From: Isurus oxyrinchus
Taxonomy: Eukaryota
Length of the DNA stretch: 64,000 nt
Assembly: GCA_026770705.1 (NCBI GenBank)
Contig: JANJGN010000100.1
Location: forward strand, 1,612,001 to 1,676,000
Direction: 5' to 3'
The notes under the pieces are model-generated. The model saw only the letters and a program-made list of their open reading frames with translations. It did not search any database and was not told the origin of the DNA. Positions 11,401-25,270 of the stretch are shown here, in pieces. The translations under genes were made by a program, and so were the position numbers. Each line of letters starts with the position of its first letter. The stretch's first letter is position 1.

Positions 11401-14400
11401 ACCTTCACGCCCACCCCCACTAGGGCTATCTGTACCTTCACGCCCACCCCCACTAGGGCTATCTGTACCTTGACCCCCACCCCACAACCACTGGGGCTAT
11501 CTGTACCTTGACCCCCACCCCACAACCACTAGGGCTATCTGTACCTTCACCCCACCCCACCCTCACTAGGGCTGTCTGTACCTTCACCCCACCCCACCCT
11601 CACTAGGGCTGTCTGTACCTTCACCCCATCCCACCCCCACTAGGGCTATCTGTACCTTCACCCCCACCCCACCCCACCCTCACTAGGGCTATCTGTACCT
11701 TCACGCCCACCCCCACTAGAGCTATCTGTACCTTCACGCCCACCCCCACTAGGGCTATCTGTACCTTCACGCCCACCCCCACTAGGGCTATCTGTACCTT
11801 CACGCCCACCCCCACTAGGGCTATCTGTACCTTCACGCCCACCCCCACTAGGGCTATCTGTACCTTCACGCCCACCCCCACTAGGGCTATCTGTACCTTC
11901 ACGCCCACCCCCACTAGGGCTATCTGTACCTTGACCCCCACCCCACAACCACTGGGGCTATCTGTACCTTCACCCCCACCCCACAACCACTAGGGCTATC
12001 TGTACCTTCACCCCCACCCCACCCCCACTAGGGCTATCTGTACCTTCACCCCACCCCACCCCCCCTAGGGCTATCTGTACCTTCACCCCACCCCACCCCC
12101 ACTAGGGCTATCTGTACCTTCACCCCCACCCCACCCCACCCCCACTAGGGCTATCTGTACCTTCACGCCCACCCCCACTAGGGCTATCTGTACCTTCACG
12201 CCCACCCCCACTAGGGCTATCTGTACCTTCACGCCCACCCCCACTAGGGCTATCTGTACCTTCACGCCCACCCCTACTAGGGCTATCTGTACCTTCACGC
12301 CCACCCCCACAAGGGCTATCTGTACCTTCACGCCCACCCCCACTAGGGCTATCTGTACCTTCACGCCCACCCCCACTAGGGCTATCTGTACCTTGACCCC
12401 CACCCCACAACCACTGGGGCTATCTGTACCTTGACCCCCACCCCACAACCACTAGGGCTATCTGTACCTTCACCCCACCCCACCCTCACTAGGGCTGTCT
12501 GTACCTTCACCCCACCCCACCCTCACTAGGGCTGTCTGTACCTTCACCCCATCCCACCCCCACTAGGGCTATCTGTACCTTCACCCCCACCCCACCCCAC
12601 CCTCACTAGGGCTATCTGTACCTTCACGCCCACCCCCACTAGAGCTATCTGTACCTTCACGCCCACCCCCACTAGGGCTATCTGTACCTTCACGCCCACC
12701 CCCACTAGGGCTATCTGTACCTTCACGCCCACCCCCACTAGGGCTATCTGTACCTTCACGCCCACCCCCACTAGGGCTATCTGTACCTTCACGCCCACCC
12801 CCACTAGGGCTATCTGTACCTTGACCCCCACCCCACAACCACTGGGGCTATCTGTACCTTCACCCCCACCCCACAACCACTAGGGCTATCTGTACCTTCA
12901 CCCCCACCCCACCCCCACTAGGGCTATCTGTACCTTCACCCCACCCCACCCCCACTAGGGCTATCTGTACCTTCACCCCACCCCACCCTCACGAGGGCTA
13001 TCTGTACCTTCACCCCCACCCCACCCCACCCTCACTAGGGCTATCTGTACCTTCACGCCCACCCCCACTAGGGCTATCTGTACCTTCACGCCCACCCCCA
13101 CTAGGGCTATCTGTACCTTCACGCCCACCCCCACTAGGGCTATCTGTACCTTGACCCCCACCCCACAACCACTGGGGCTATCTGTACCTTCACCCCCACC
13201 CCACCCCCACTAGGGCTATCTGTACCTTCACGCCCACCCCCACTAGAGCTATCTGTACCTTCACGCCCACCCCCACTAGGGCTATCTGTACCTTCACGCC
13301 CACCCCCACTAGGGCTATCTGTACCTTCACGCCCACCCCCACTAGGGCTATCTGTACCTTGACCCCCACCCCACAACCACTGGGGCTATCTGTACCTTCA
13401 CCCCCACCCCACCCCCACTAGGGCTATCTGTACCTTCACCCCCACCCCACCCCCACTAGGGCTATCTGTACCTTCACCCCCACCCCACCCCCACTAGGGC
13501 TATCTGTACCTTCACCCCACCCCACCCCCACTAGGGCTATCTGTACCTTCACCCCACCCCACCCTCACTAGGGCTATCTGTACCTTCACCCCCACCCCAC
13601 CCCACCCTCACTAGGGCTATCTGTACCTTCACGCCCACCCCCACTAGGGCTATCTGTACCTTCACGCCCACCCCCACTAGGGCTATCTGTACCTTCACGC
13701 CCACCCCCACTAGGGCTATCTGTACCTTCACGCCCACCCCCACTAGGGCTATCTGTACCTTCACGCCCACCTCCACTAGGGCTATCTGTACCTTGACCCC
13801 CACCCCACAACCACTGGGGCTATCTGTACCTTCACCCCCACCCCACCCCCACTAGGGCTATCTGTACCTTCACCCCCACCCCACCCCCACTAGGGCTATC
13901 TGTACCTTCACCCCACCCCACCCCCACTAGGGCTATCTGTACCTTCACCCCACCCCACCCTCACGAGGGCTATCTGTACCTTCACCCCCACCCCACCCCA
14001 CCCCCACTAGGGCTATCTGTACCTTCACGCCCACCCCCACTAGGGCTATCTGTACCTTCACGCCCACCCCCACTAGGGCTATCTGTACCTTCACCCCCAC
14101 CCCACTAGGGCTATCTGTACCTTCACCCCATCCCACCCCCACTAGGGCTATCTGTACCTTCACCCCATCCCACCCCCACTAGGGCTATCTGTACCTTCAC
14201 CCCATCCCACCCCCACTAGGGCTATCTGTACCTTCACCCCCACCCCACCCCCACTAGGGCTATGTGTACCTTCACCCCACCGCAGCCCCACTAGGGCTAT
14301 CTGTACCTTCACCCCACCCCACCCCCACCAGGGCTATCTGTACCTTCACCCCCACCCCACCCCCACTAGGGCTATCTGTACCTTCACCCCCACTAGGGCT

Positions 14401-14950
14401 ATCTGTACCTTCACCCCACCCCACCCCCACTAGGGCTATCTGTACCTTCACCCCACCCCACCCCCACTAGGGCTATCTGTACCTTCACCCCCACCCCACC
14501 CCCACCCCCACTAGGGCTATCTGTACCTTCACCCCGCCCCCACTAGGGCTATCTGTACCTTCACCCCACCCCACCCCCACTAGGCCTATCTGTACCTTCA
14601 CCCCCACCCCCACTAGGGCTATCTGTACCTTCACCCCGCCCCCACTCGAGCTATCTGTACCTTGCTTGTCCTGCTTTCTACCCTTAATTAGCACATTCCT
14701 TAGATAATATCACCACCTTCAACGCCTCTTTGTCCTTTTGTCTGTGACATCTTTTGGTTATCTCCACCTTTCACTGGCCCTCTATCCAGCTCTACCTGTC
14801 CCACCCCCATTAAACCAGCTTATATTTCACCTCTCTTCTATTTTTACTTAGTTCTGTTGAAGGGTCATACGGACTCAAAACATTAACCATGTTCCTCTCA
14901 GCTGATGCTGCCAGACCTGCTGAGTTTTTCCAGTTATTTCTGTTTTTGTT
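8470..14950 (+). mobile_element. Second Penelope-like 3' UTR/pLTR copy, split by an internal minisatellite expansion
   Basis: 8470-8570 and 14660-14950 align with 7330-7765 (ACAGATTTTTCTTTTCCCAC, CTTAATTAGCACATTC..TTAGATAATATCACCA, TTAAACCAGCTTATATTTCA, GATGCTGCCAGACCTGCTGAG). Confidence 0.8.
8570..14662. repeat. ~6.1 kb minisatellite, core unit 32-33 bp CCCCACTAGGGCTATCTGTACCTTCA(C/CG)CCCAC, with variant domains and higher-order repeats
   Basis: Direct reading; the + strand is C-rich and the - strand G-rich. The long ORFs here are products of the 33-bp period. Confidence 0.98.
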
Positions 14951-15149
14951 GCAGTGGAATTTAAAGTCCAGCTGGTGAGAAAGGGCGGAGTGCAGGAGAG
15001 GAATGGAGCCGGAGGGTGGACTGGGAGCGTTCACAAACACCCGGTGTAGGACTCCAAATAGATAAAGGGGGAAAAAAGGGGAAGCTTGTGGTACATACCG
15101 AGGGCTCAAAACAGCAGGAGCCCTTGATGGGTAGAGAAAGTGCAGGGGG

Positions 15150-16370
15150 TTACTTAAAAAAAGAAATTAGGAAGGTGAAGGGGGTCATGAAAAACACAGC
15201 TGGGTGAAATAAGTTAAAATCCAAAGGCATTTTGTAAGTATATTCGGGACAAGAGGATAACCAGGGAAAGATTAGGGCCCATCAGGGACAAAAATGGCAA
15301 TCTGCGTGAGGAGCTGGAAGATGTAAGTGAGGTTTTAAATGAGTACTTTGCATCTGTATTAACTATGCAGAAGGACGATGTAGGTATAGAAATCAGGGAG
15401 GGGGACTGTGATATACTTGAACAAATGAGTATAGAGAAGGAGGAAGTATTAGTGGTTTTATTGGGCCTTAAAAGTGGATTAATCCCCAGGCCTAGATGAG
15501 ATGTATCCCAGGTGCTGTGGGAGGCAAGGGAGGAGATTGCAAGGGCCCTGACATTAATTTTCAAATCCTCTCTGGCCACAGGAGAAGTACCAGAGGACTG
15601 GAGGACAGTTAATGTGGTACCATTATTAAAGAAGAATGGCAGAGATAAACCAGGGAGCTAATAGGCCAGTGAGTCCAACATCACAGTGGTAGGGAAACTA
15701 TTGGAAACATTCTGAGGGACAGAATTAATCCCCACATGGAGAGGCAAGAATTAATCAAGGAAAGTCAGCATGGCTTTGTCAGTGAGAGATCGTGTCTAAC
15801 AAATTTGATTGAATTTTTCGAGGAGGTGACGAGGTGTGTAGATGAGGGTAGTTCAATTGATGTAGTCCACATGGAATTCTCTGACGTTTTTGACAAGGTC
15901 TGGCCTGGGAGACAGGTTCAGAAGCTAAGAGCCCATGTGATCCAAGGCAATTTGGCAAACTGGATCTGGAATGAGCTCAGTGTCAGGAGGCAGAGGGTGA
16001 TTGTCAAAGGATGTTTTTGTGACTGGAAGCCTGTGTCCAGTGGTGTACTGCAGGGTTCGGTGCTGGGTCCCTTGTTGTTTTTAGTGGACATTAATGATGC
16101 AGACATGAATGTAGGAGGTATGATCAGTAAGTTCACAGGTAACACAAAAAAATCACTAGTGTGGTAAATAGCGAGGAGGAAACCCTTAGACAACAGGACA
16201 ATATAGAAGGGCTGGTCAGATGGGCAGAGCACTGGAAAATGGAATTTAATCCCAAAAAGTGTGAGGTGATGCATTTTGGGAGGACTAACTAGGCAAGGGA
16301 GCACTTGATGAATGGTAGGACCCGAGGAAGTACAGACCCTTCGTGTGCATGTCCATGGATCCTTGAACAT
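15150..16370 (+). mobile_element. CR1 LINE RT fragment
   Basis: SQHGFVSERSCLTNLIEFFEEV, FDKV, VSSGVLQGSVLGPLLFLVDIND; frameshifted. Confidence 0.88.
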
Positions 16371-16619
16371 AAGAACTAGGAGCAGGAGTGGGCAATTCAG
16401 CCCCTCTGAGCCTGCCCCACCATTCATTATAATCATGGCTGATCTCATTTCGGACTCAACTCCAATTTCCCTCCCTCTCCCCATAACCTTTCAACCCATT
16501 ACTAATTAAGTCCGTGTGATGAAGGTGCTCGCATAATGCTGTTAGGTAAAGAGCTACAGGTTATTCACCAAGAGATGAGGAAGGGACATTGATATATCTC
16601 CAAATCAACAACACAATTT

Positions 16620-16980
16620 GAGTTTATATCACACATTTATTGTTATATAGTTTACCAAGACACTTCACAGAAATGTTAGAAACCAAGGAGACAATCGGGC
16701 AGGTGGCCAATAATTTGGTCAAAGAGGTCGGTCTGAAGGAGTACCTTAAAGGATGCGAATGAGGTAGAGAGGTGGAGAGGTTTAGGGAGGGAATTCTAGA
16801 GTCTTGGAAACTGACAGAATGGCAATCAGTGATGGAATTATTAAAATCAGTAATTCTCGAATTCAAGAAGAGCAGATATCTCGGGAGGATTGTGAGGCTG
16901 GAGGAGGTTACAGAGATAGGAATGATCACAACCATGGAGGAAAACAAGGATGAGAATGTGAAAATTTAGGTGCTGCTTCA
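16620..16980 (-). mobile_element. L2 3'-end fragment
   Basis: Reverse complement resembles the 3' ends of the L2 copies at 6600-6860 and 32700-33060. Confidence 0.6.
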
Positions 16981-17809
16981 ATGAGTGCCTTCAAATCATT
17001 TGTATAGTTTGTGAATGGTTGTGGGCCAAGCACTGATCCTTGCAGTATCCCACAAATAACAGCCTGTCATCCTGAGAATGAGACATTTATTCCCACTCTC
17101 TATTTTCTGTCTGCTTATCAATTCTCAATCTATAACAGGATATTACCCCAATCCCATGCAATTGAATTCTGTTTACTGACATCCTGTACTTTGTTTAGTA
17201 ACCTTCTCTCTCTGTCTCTCCCACTCCTCTCTCTCTCTTTTTCTCTCTGTCACATAGAATTCTCCAGCCCAGTGAGTTGCAGATGCTCCATCATTGAATA
17301 TATTTCCAGCTGAGATGGGGAGATTTTTGGTCTCTCAGGGAGTCGAGGGATATGGGGAGTGGGTGGGAAAGTGGAGTTGAAGCTCAAGATCAGCCAGGAT
17401 CGTATTGAGTGGTGGAACAGGCTCGACAGTGTGTTGTTAGGTCTTCTCTTCTTCCTATTTCGTATGTTCTTATAGAGGCCAGAGTCTTGTGTTGGCCCAG
17501 ACCAGGTGGCAGGTTCCCTTCCCTGAAGGACATTAGTGAACCCGTTGGGTTTTTATGACAATCCAGCAGTTTTCATGGTCACTTTTTCCTCGTGCCGGCC
17601 CCACAAATTCCCAGATTCATTCAGCTCAATTTCACAAGCTGCCTTTGTGTTTTTGTGGGTTCTCTCTCACTCCCTTTTTCTGTTTTAAATCAATTCACAG
17701 GGTGTTAGAAGGGGAGGATTTGCAGTCGGGAAACTGAAACCAAACATCACATCAGGATCTGATGGAGTCGCCTAATTTATCTTAAACTGAGTATCTTCAG
17801 ATTTTGAAC

Positions 17810-18589
17810 ATGGAAGGAAAATGCAGCGTTCACAGTGGGGAGAAACCGTGCACGTGTTCTGTGTGTGGACGAGGCTTCAGCCGATCATCTGACCTGACGG
17901 AGCATAAATTCAGTCACAACGGAGAGAAACCGTGGAAATGTGGGGACTGTGGGAAGAGATTCAAATCCCCATTGGAACTGGGAACTCATTGGTGCACTGG
18001 GGAGAGACCATTCACTTGCTCTGAGCGTGAGAAGGGATTCACTCAATTGGCCAACCTCATGGGACACCAGCAAGTTAACACAGATCAGAGAACTTTTAAA
18101 TGCCCACAGTGTGAGACGTGCTTCAAAAATTCTGTGGAACTAAAGTCCCATCAACGTGTTCACACTGTTGAAAGACCGTTCAGGTGCTCTCACTGTGGGA
18201 CTGGGTTCAGACAATCATCTCAACTCCTCGCACACCAGCGAGTCCATACTGGAGAGAGACCATTTACCTGTTCCAGGTGTGGGAAGGGATTCACTCAGTC
18301 ATCCAGCCTGCTACTGCACCAGAGAGTTCACACTGGAGAGAAGCCGTTTACCTGCTCTGAATGTGGCAAGGGATTCATTCAGTTATCCGACCAGCTTAGA
18401 CACCAGAGAGTAAACACTGGAGAGAGGCCATTTACCTGCTCCGAATGTGGCAAGGGATTCATTCAGTCATCCAACCTGCTGCTGCACCAGAGAGTTCACA
18501 CTGGAGAGAGGCCATTTACCTGCTCCGAATGTGGGAAGGGATTCATTCAGTCATCCCACTGGCTAAGACACCAGCAAGTTCACAAGTAA
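17810..18589 (+). CDS. C2H2 zinc-finger gene ZNF-B, 9 finger positions (6 canonical, 3 degenerate)
   Basis: Open frame [13 protein letters not shown]...HQQVHK*. Acceptor TCAATTCACAG ends at 17700; AATAAA signals lie downstream. Confidence 0.8.
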   Translation: MEGKCSVHSGEKPCTCSVCGRGFSRSSDLTEHKFSHNGEKPWKCGDCGKRFKSPLELGTHWCTGERPFTCSEREKGFTQLANLMGHQQVNTDQRTFKCPQCETCFKNSVELKSHQRVHTVERPFRCSHCGTGFRQSSQLLAHQRVHTGERPFTCSRCGKGFTQSSSLLLHQRVHTGEKPFTCSECGKGFIQLSDQLRHQRVNTGERPFTCSECGKGFIQSSNLLLHQRVHTGERPFTCSECGKGFIQSSHWLRHQQVHK

Positions 18590-19089
18590 CTGTTGTGTTG
18601 GGATTTTGGTCTTAATAACATTCAGGACTGAAGTATGTTCATTATAGTGTGTTTCTGTAGAAACTAATAAACTCCAGCCCACTTAGATAAAAGTCAAATA
18701 AATCAGCATTGTGTTAAACACAATGTGTTGAACCTTTTTTACTATTTTTAATACGTTAGTTCCTTTTTGATGTTAATAACCTCCAGCCCAGTTACAGATT
18801 CTGTATAAAATTGGAATAAATCAGCTTTGCGATGAACAGTTGAGTCGTTTTGATATTTCTAGCACACGTTATTTCCTTTTGAAGGACCCTCCCTCTCCCC
18901 TGTCTCCTCCATCCTCACCTCCAGCAACAAGAGCGAGGAGCTCATGGAGCTTCTTTGTCACTGAGATTGAGACAATCCAATCAGCTGCCTCTGCTGCTTC
19001 CCTCCCTTCCACTAGCCCACCGGGACAAACTGTCTCTAAAGATCCCCCTTGTCCGAGCCTGAACTCGTGATTAAATGACAAAGGGGATG

Positions 19090-19625
19090 ATGGTGCAAGG
19101 CAGCTTTGGATGATAATGAGATAAGGAAATAAACTGATGGGACAAGTGGAGAAACAACACAGGCCCAGAGGAGGGATAAATGGTAAAAGTAGAACCATTA
19201 CCAGCACCTAATGTCAGACAAAATGGGAGCAGTGGTTATGATCTGAAATTGCCAAAATGAATGTTGAGTCCAGAAGGATGTAAAGTGTCCAATGAAAGAT
19301 GGGCTGCTGTTCCTCCAGCTTCCATTGAGCTTCATTGGAACAGTGCAGGAGGCCAAGGTCAGAATGGGAGTGGGTGGAGATTAAACTGGTAAATGACCAG
19401 AACCTCAGGGTCACACTTGGAGAGTGAAAGGCGATGTTCCACAAAGCAGTTACTCAATTGGGATTTAATCTCCTCAGTGTAGAGAAGACTGCACTGTGGT
19501 CAGTGAATAGGCAATACTAAATAGCAAGAAGTACAAGTAAATCACTGTGCCCCTTGGAAAGTGTTTGGGGCCCTGGAATGTGGGAAGGGAGGAGGTGATT
19601 GGGTGCTGCTGCATCTGCTGTGCTT
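19090..19625 (-). mobile_element. Penelope-like endonuclease fragment
   Basis: Minus strand gives LGLLHCSNEAQWKLEEQQPIF, homologous to 7165-7270. Confidence 0.7.
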
Positions 19626-20529
19626 GAATGGAAATGATTCAGTGATTTTCATAAGAACACAAGAAATAGGAACAGGGTTGGACCAAAAGTCCCCTTGAGC
19701 CTGCTCCACCATTAAATGTTCTTCCAGCTCAACTCCACTTTCCCATCCTATCACCATATCCCTTAGTGCCCAAATATTTATGGATTTCCATCTTGAACAT
19801 ATCAAGATGGAGAACAACAGACTCAGTGCAACTATTAATCTGGGAAATTCACGAACAAGGTGCATGTGAATTACAAATTCAACTCTTCACTACTTGGTAA
19901 TCATGTTAAATGAGCTTTCCACTGGCCCCCATGCTGAAATCTAGTCATTCTCTGACAGGTATTCTTAATGGTATAATTAGCAAATTTACAATGAAAAATA
20001 CCCTCCACTTCACTGTAAGGCTGAGAGACAACTTTGTAATTGATTCATAATGTCTCAGATCAGCTCATTAGATCTGCTCATTTCATCTAATCTTATTTTC
20101 AGCTAATGGAAGAATGGCTGAAACAGGGGATGGTGAATAACAGCTCGAAACCACAGTCCCCTCTCCCACTGTCATAATTATCCTTACAACATACAGGAAT
20201 TTGGGACAATGTGACTTTGATGCTCAGATTAGCTCTGTCCCCATATTACAGGAAGGAACGAAGCACTGGGGATGGTGCAAAAAAGATTTACTGGAATGAT
20301 GCCAGAATTGGAAAATATGTCAAATTCACAGAGATTTAATAGATTGAAATGTTTTTCTCTGGAAAAGAAAGTGAGGGATGACCTGACTAAGGCCTTTAAG
20401 ATAATGAAAGGGGTTGACAGGGTAGACAAGTGGAAGAGTTTTCCATTTGTAGATGGTTGAGAATGAATATACGTTAGTGATCAATAAATCTAATGCACAA
20501 TTCATATGCAACTTCTTCAATCTGAGATA

Positions 20530-20745
20530 AAATCAGAAAATCGTGGAAATGCTCAGCATATCCAGGAGAATCTGTGCATTGAGAAATAGAGTTAAGTTTT
20601 CAAGTCTGCTCACTGATGCAGTGCAGTTCTGATGGAAAGTCACAGCCCTGAAATTTAAATACATCTTTCACTCTCCACAGACACTGCCAGATCTGCTGAA
20701 AATTCCAATATTTTGTTTTTTTTTAAATTTCAGATTTACAGCACC
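20530..20745 (+). mobile_element. Penelope-derived hairpin repeat with a decayed hammerhead motif
   Basis: Inverted arms (CTCAGCA...TCTGTG..GAGA / TCTCCACAGA...TGCTGA) around TTCTGATGGAAAGTCACAGCCCTGAAAT; same family as 51725-51915. Confidence 0.55.
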
Positions 20746-20854
20746 ACCTTTCTCTGACTGTGGTTGAGAATGTAGAGCTCGTTCTCAGAAGGGTTTGAGA
20801 TCCCAGTGTGAGCTGAAACTCATGTTGCAAAATCACACCATGAAATCATACCAG

Positions 20855-21120
20855 CTGAATGTGGAAATGGATTCACCTCGTTATTCCATTTGCTGACATA
20901 ACAGCACAGTCACACCTGAGGGAGACCATTCAGATACTTCATGTGTGCAAAGGGATTACTCACTGGCCATCTGCTAACACTACAGTTTTAGAAGGTCAAA
21001 GGATTGGCTCCACAATTGCTACATTCTAACTGACAAGACAGAGTTTTAGTAGTCAGAGTATGGGAAAAAAAATCACTTGTCCACACCGCTTCTGAGACTC
21101 CAGTGAGTTCAGATATAACT
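20855..21120 (+). pseudogene. Highly decayed C2H2 zinc-finger relic
   Basis: GAATGTGGAAATGGATTCAC...CACAC..GGGAGACCATTC...TGTGCAAAGGGATT, with a terminal GAGAC.CCAG.GAGTTCA...TAACTG like the 3' ends of neighbouring ZNF genes; many stops and indels. Confidence 0.6.
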
Positions 21121-21339
21121 GTCAGTGTTTGTTCTGGTGTTAGTTACACCCAGGACAGAACTATGGTGGAGGAGCCGTGCACTATCGTTGCCATATCAAT
21201 TGACTTAATAATTTTATATATTGGCCCTATGGCGCCAATCATCATCGGACCATAAAACATAATTGTCTTATCAGTAAAGGCCTTTCAATGGCGATATGTT
21301 TACCCAGCATTCAGCGGGGGCAGAATGTGCTCTATCCTC

Positions 21340-21560
21340 GCTGCAGGAACTCCTGGCGCAGGCGCAGTAGCTGGCAGTGACTACTACATGCTATCACTAC
21401 ATGTTATCACTACGAGCATTGCTATCACTGACTGGAGAGGGGACAATTCTGACCCGCGTCTCCTCTCGGAGACAGGCCCGAGTTAACACCCGCCATCGTC
21501 ACAGAGGCAACGTGCAGCAGCGCGCATGCGCGGTCATCCTGGTCCAGGGAGCAGGAGGAA
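21340..21560 (+). promoter_or_regulatory. CpG-rich promoter/5' region of ZNF-C
   Basis: GCGCAGGCGCAGT near 21356, CCGCCATC (YY1 reverse) at 21490 and GCGCATGCGC at 21522; inverted paralog of 34850-35100. Confidence 0.6.
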
Positions 21561-21879
21561 AGAATGTTGTGAATTTCTATCCTGGACTGACAGGGATGGA
21601 GTTTGGAAACTCCTTTTACAGGGGGTTAGAAGGGGAGGATTTACACAGAGCAAACTCAAACCAAGAGAAATGTTTGTCTCCTCAATTTCTTGGACTGATG
21701 GTTAGTGTTTTTGTAAATTTCTGATACTGGAATTTGGAAGTGGAGGGTTGACAGATGGGAAACTCAAATCAAACATCAGTTCAATTCTGGCAGAGTCACT
21801 CGATTCATGAGGACCTGAATATCATCGGCCTTTAAATCTGGAAGGTAAACAGTTGGTCTTTTTTTTCTGCGGGCAATGA

Positions 21880-23080
21880 TTAATTGTAGGAGAAAAAATA
21901 ATTAACTGGGGAAAGCCCATTTCAATAGGGTGAGAATGGATCTGACCCAGTAAAGTGGAATCAAAGGTTGGCAGGAGAAACTGTAACTGAAGAATTGGCT
22001 GCCTTTAAAGAGGAAATAGATCAGACACAGTAAAGACACTCTTACAAATGAGGAAGGTGTGGCTAACATATCCACAGCTCACTGAATAAGAGAAGAGGTT
22101 GAGATGAAGATGAATAAGTCTGCTAACAGAGATATCAGATGACTAATACAACTGAGAGACAGGCTGAAGAAAGAGGATTCAGAGAGGAATTGGAAAAATA
22201 AAGTAAGAGAAGCAAAGAGAGATTTTGAGAAGAGACTGGCAGTTAACATGGAAGGAAATCAACATGCCTTATCTGGTTTATACCTAGCAACAGGGTGGTA
22301 AAAGGAGAAAGGAGGCTGATTAGGGATTTAAAAAAGTGATTTACCTATTGGGACAGGGGGCATGGATGAGGTACAAATGAATATTTGGCATCTGTCTTTA
22401 CCAAAGAAGATGATGCTGCACAGGTCATGGTTAAAGAGGAGGTAGTTAAAACACTTGTGGTGTTTAAAATTGATAAGGAAAATGTATTATATAGGCTGTC
22501 TGATAAAGTTGGTAAGGACCAGGACTGGATGAGATGCATCCAAGGATACTGAGGGAATTCAGAGTGGAAATTGTTGAGGCACTGACCATATTTTTCAAGC
22601 CTTCTTCAGGCCTATGAGTGGTGACAGAGGACTGGAGAATTGAAAATAATACACCTTTGTTCAAAAAGAGTGTAATGATAAGGCCAGCAATTACAGACCA
22701 GTCATTTTTACATTGGGGTGATAATTCCGGACAAAATTAATAGTCACTTAAGCAAATGTGGGTTAATTTAGGAAAGCCAGCACAAATTTGTTAAGGGAAA
22801 ATTGTGATAAATGAACTTGCTTAAGGTTTTTCAAGAGTTAACAGTGTGGTTGATGAGGGTAATGCTGTTAATGTGGTGTACATGGTCTTCCAAATGGCAT
22901 TAGATAAAGTGCCACATAACAGACTTGTGAGCAAAGTTATAGCTCATAGAACAAAATGGGCAGCAGCAACATGGGTACAAAATTAGCTGAGTGACAAGAA
23001 AAAGGGAGTAATGGTTTTTCAGACTGGAGGATGGTTTATAGTAGAGTTCCCAGGGGGTCAGTGTTCGGACTCCTGCTCCT
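21880..23080 (+). mobile_element. Degenerate CR1 ORF2 fragment in the ZNF-C intron
   Basis: Remnants of YRPV, QHKFVKGK, FQMALDKVPHNRL and GSVFGL motifs; similar to the copy at 58700-60600. Confidence 0.8.
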
Positions 23081-23436
23081 ATAACGTAGAACTTGGTGTT
23101 CAGGCAGAATTTTGAATTTATGGATAGTCTTGAGTGGGCACAGACTGTGTAGAGGGTCCTTTCTCTGGTGGACATTAGTGAACCAGTTTGGTTTTGTGGC
23201 AACCCTGCATCTTTTATGGTCACTTTTTCCTAGTGCCGGCCCCACAAATTCCCAGATTCATTCAGCTCAATTTCACAACCTGCCTTTGTGTTTTTGTGGG
23301 TTCTCTCTCACTCCCTTTTTTCTGTTTTAAATCAATTTCACAGGGTGTTAGAAGGGGAAACTGAAAATAAACATCATATGAGGATCTGATGGGATTTGCA
23401 CAGTTTATTGTAGCCTCAATATCATTGGATTTTGAT

Positions 23437-24380
<944 letters not shown>

Positions 24381-24559
24381 CTACAGTGATTGAGTTTTAC
24401 AACTGAACCATGTTTCACTGGGGTCTATTTCTGCTAATGTTAGTAAACTCCAGCCCAGTTATAGGTGTTAATGTTCTGGATAAAAATAAAACCAATTAGC
24501 TTTCTATTAAATAGATGATGTTGAGTCTTTTTACTATCCCTAAGACATTAGTTCCTTTT

Positions 24560-25270
24560 AAAGTGCTCTCCCTCTCCCCTGTCTCCTCCATCCTCACCTC
24601 CAGCAACAAGCGTGAGGAGCTCATGGAGCTGCTTTGTCACTAAGATTGAGACAATCCGATCAGCTGCCTCTGCTGCTTCTCTCCCTTCCACTAGCCCACC
24701 AGGACAAACTTTCTCTAAAAATCCTCCATGTCCAAGCTCTGAACCCACATCTTTCTGCAGTTTCTCTCCCAACCCCCTTTCCTGCCCTCTCAGAGCTCAC
24801 TTTGTCCATGAGACCCACCTCCTGCTCCATCGATCCTATTCCTGCTGAACTGCTGATCACCCAACATCCCCTTGTTCACTGATATTGTTAATGGCCCTTT
24901 TTCTTCAGGTACTGTCCCTGTCACCTTCAAATCTGTCATCATCAGCTGTCCTGAATAAAACCAACACCTGACCCACTATCCGATTAAACCCCCGCTCCAG
25001 CTCCAACCTCCCTTCGCTCTCCAAAATCCTGATCACCCCCCAAATCCATGTCCACATTTCCCAGAACTCCATGTTTCAACCCTGCAATAAGATCTCTGTT
25101 CCTGTCACGGTATCGAAATAGTTCTTCCCAAAGTCACCAATGACACCCGATGTGAATGTGACAGAGGAAAACTCCCTCACTGTCCTCGGCCTGTCCGCAG
25201 CCTCTAACAACGTGGACCAAACCGTCCTTCTCCGATGTCTCTACACTGGTGGCCAGCTGGGTGGGACATG
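24560..25270 (+). mobile_element. L2-type LINE ORF2 fragment downstream of ZNF-C
   Basis: Shares AGCTCATGGAGC..CTTTGTCACT.AGATTGAGACAATC with 18880-19070 and, inverted, with 29570-29880. Confidence 0.7.

Noticed and set aside
8570-14662. CRISPR array or Ig switch region
   Set aside because: There are no unique spacers and the DNA is eukaryotic. The array is over 35 kb from JH and is explained by expansion within a TE.
9434-14694. Long ORFs (up to 397 aa) on both strands of the minisatellite
   Set aside because: They arise from a 33-bp unit without stops in some frames; pure repeat peptides with no gene context.
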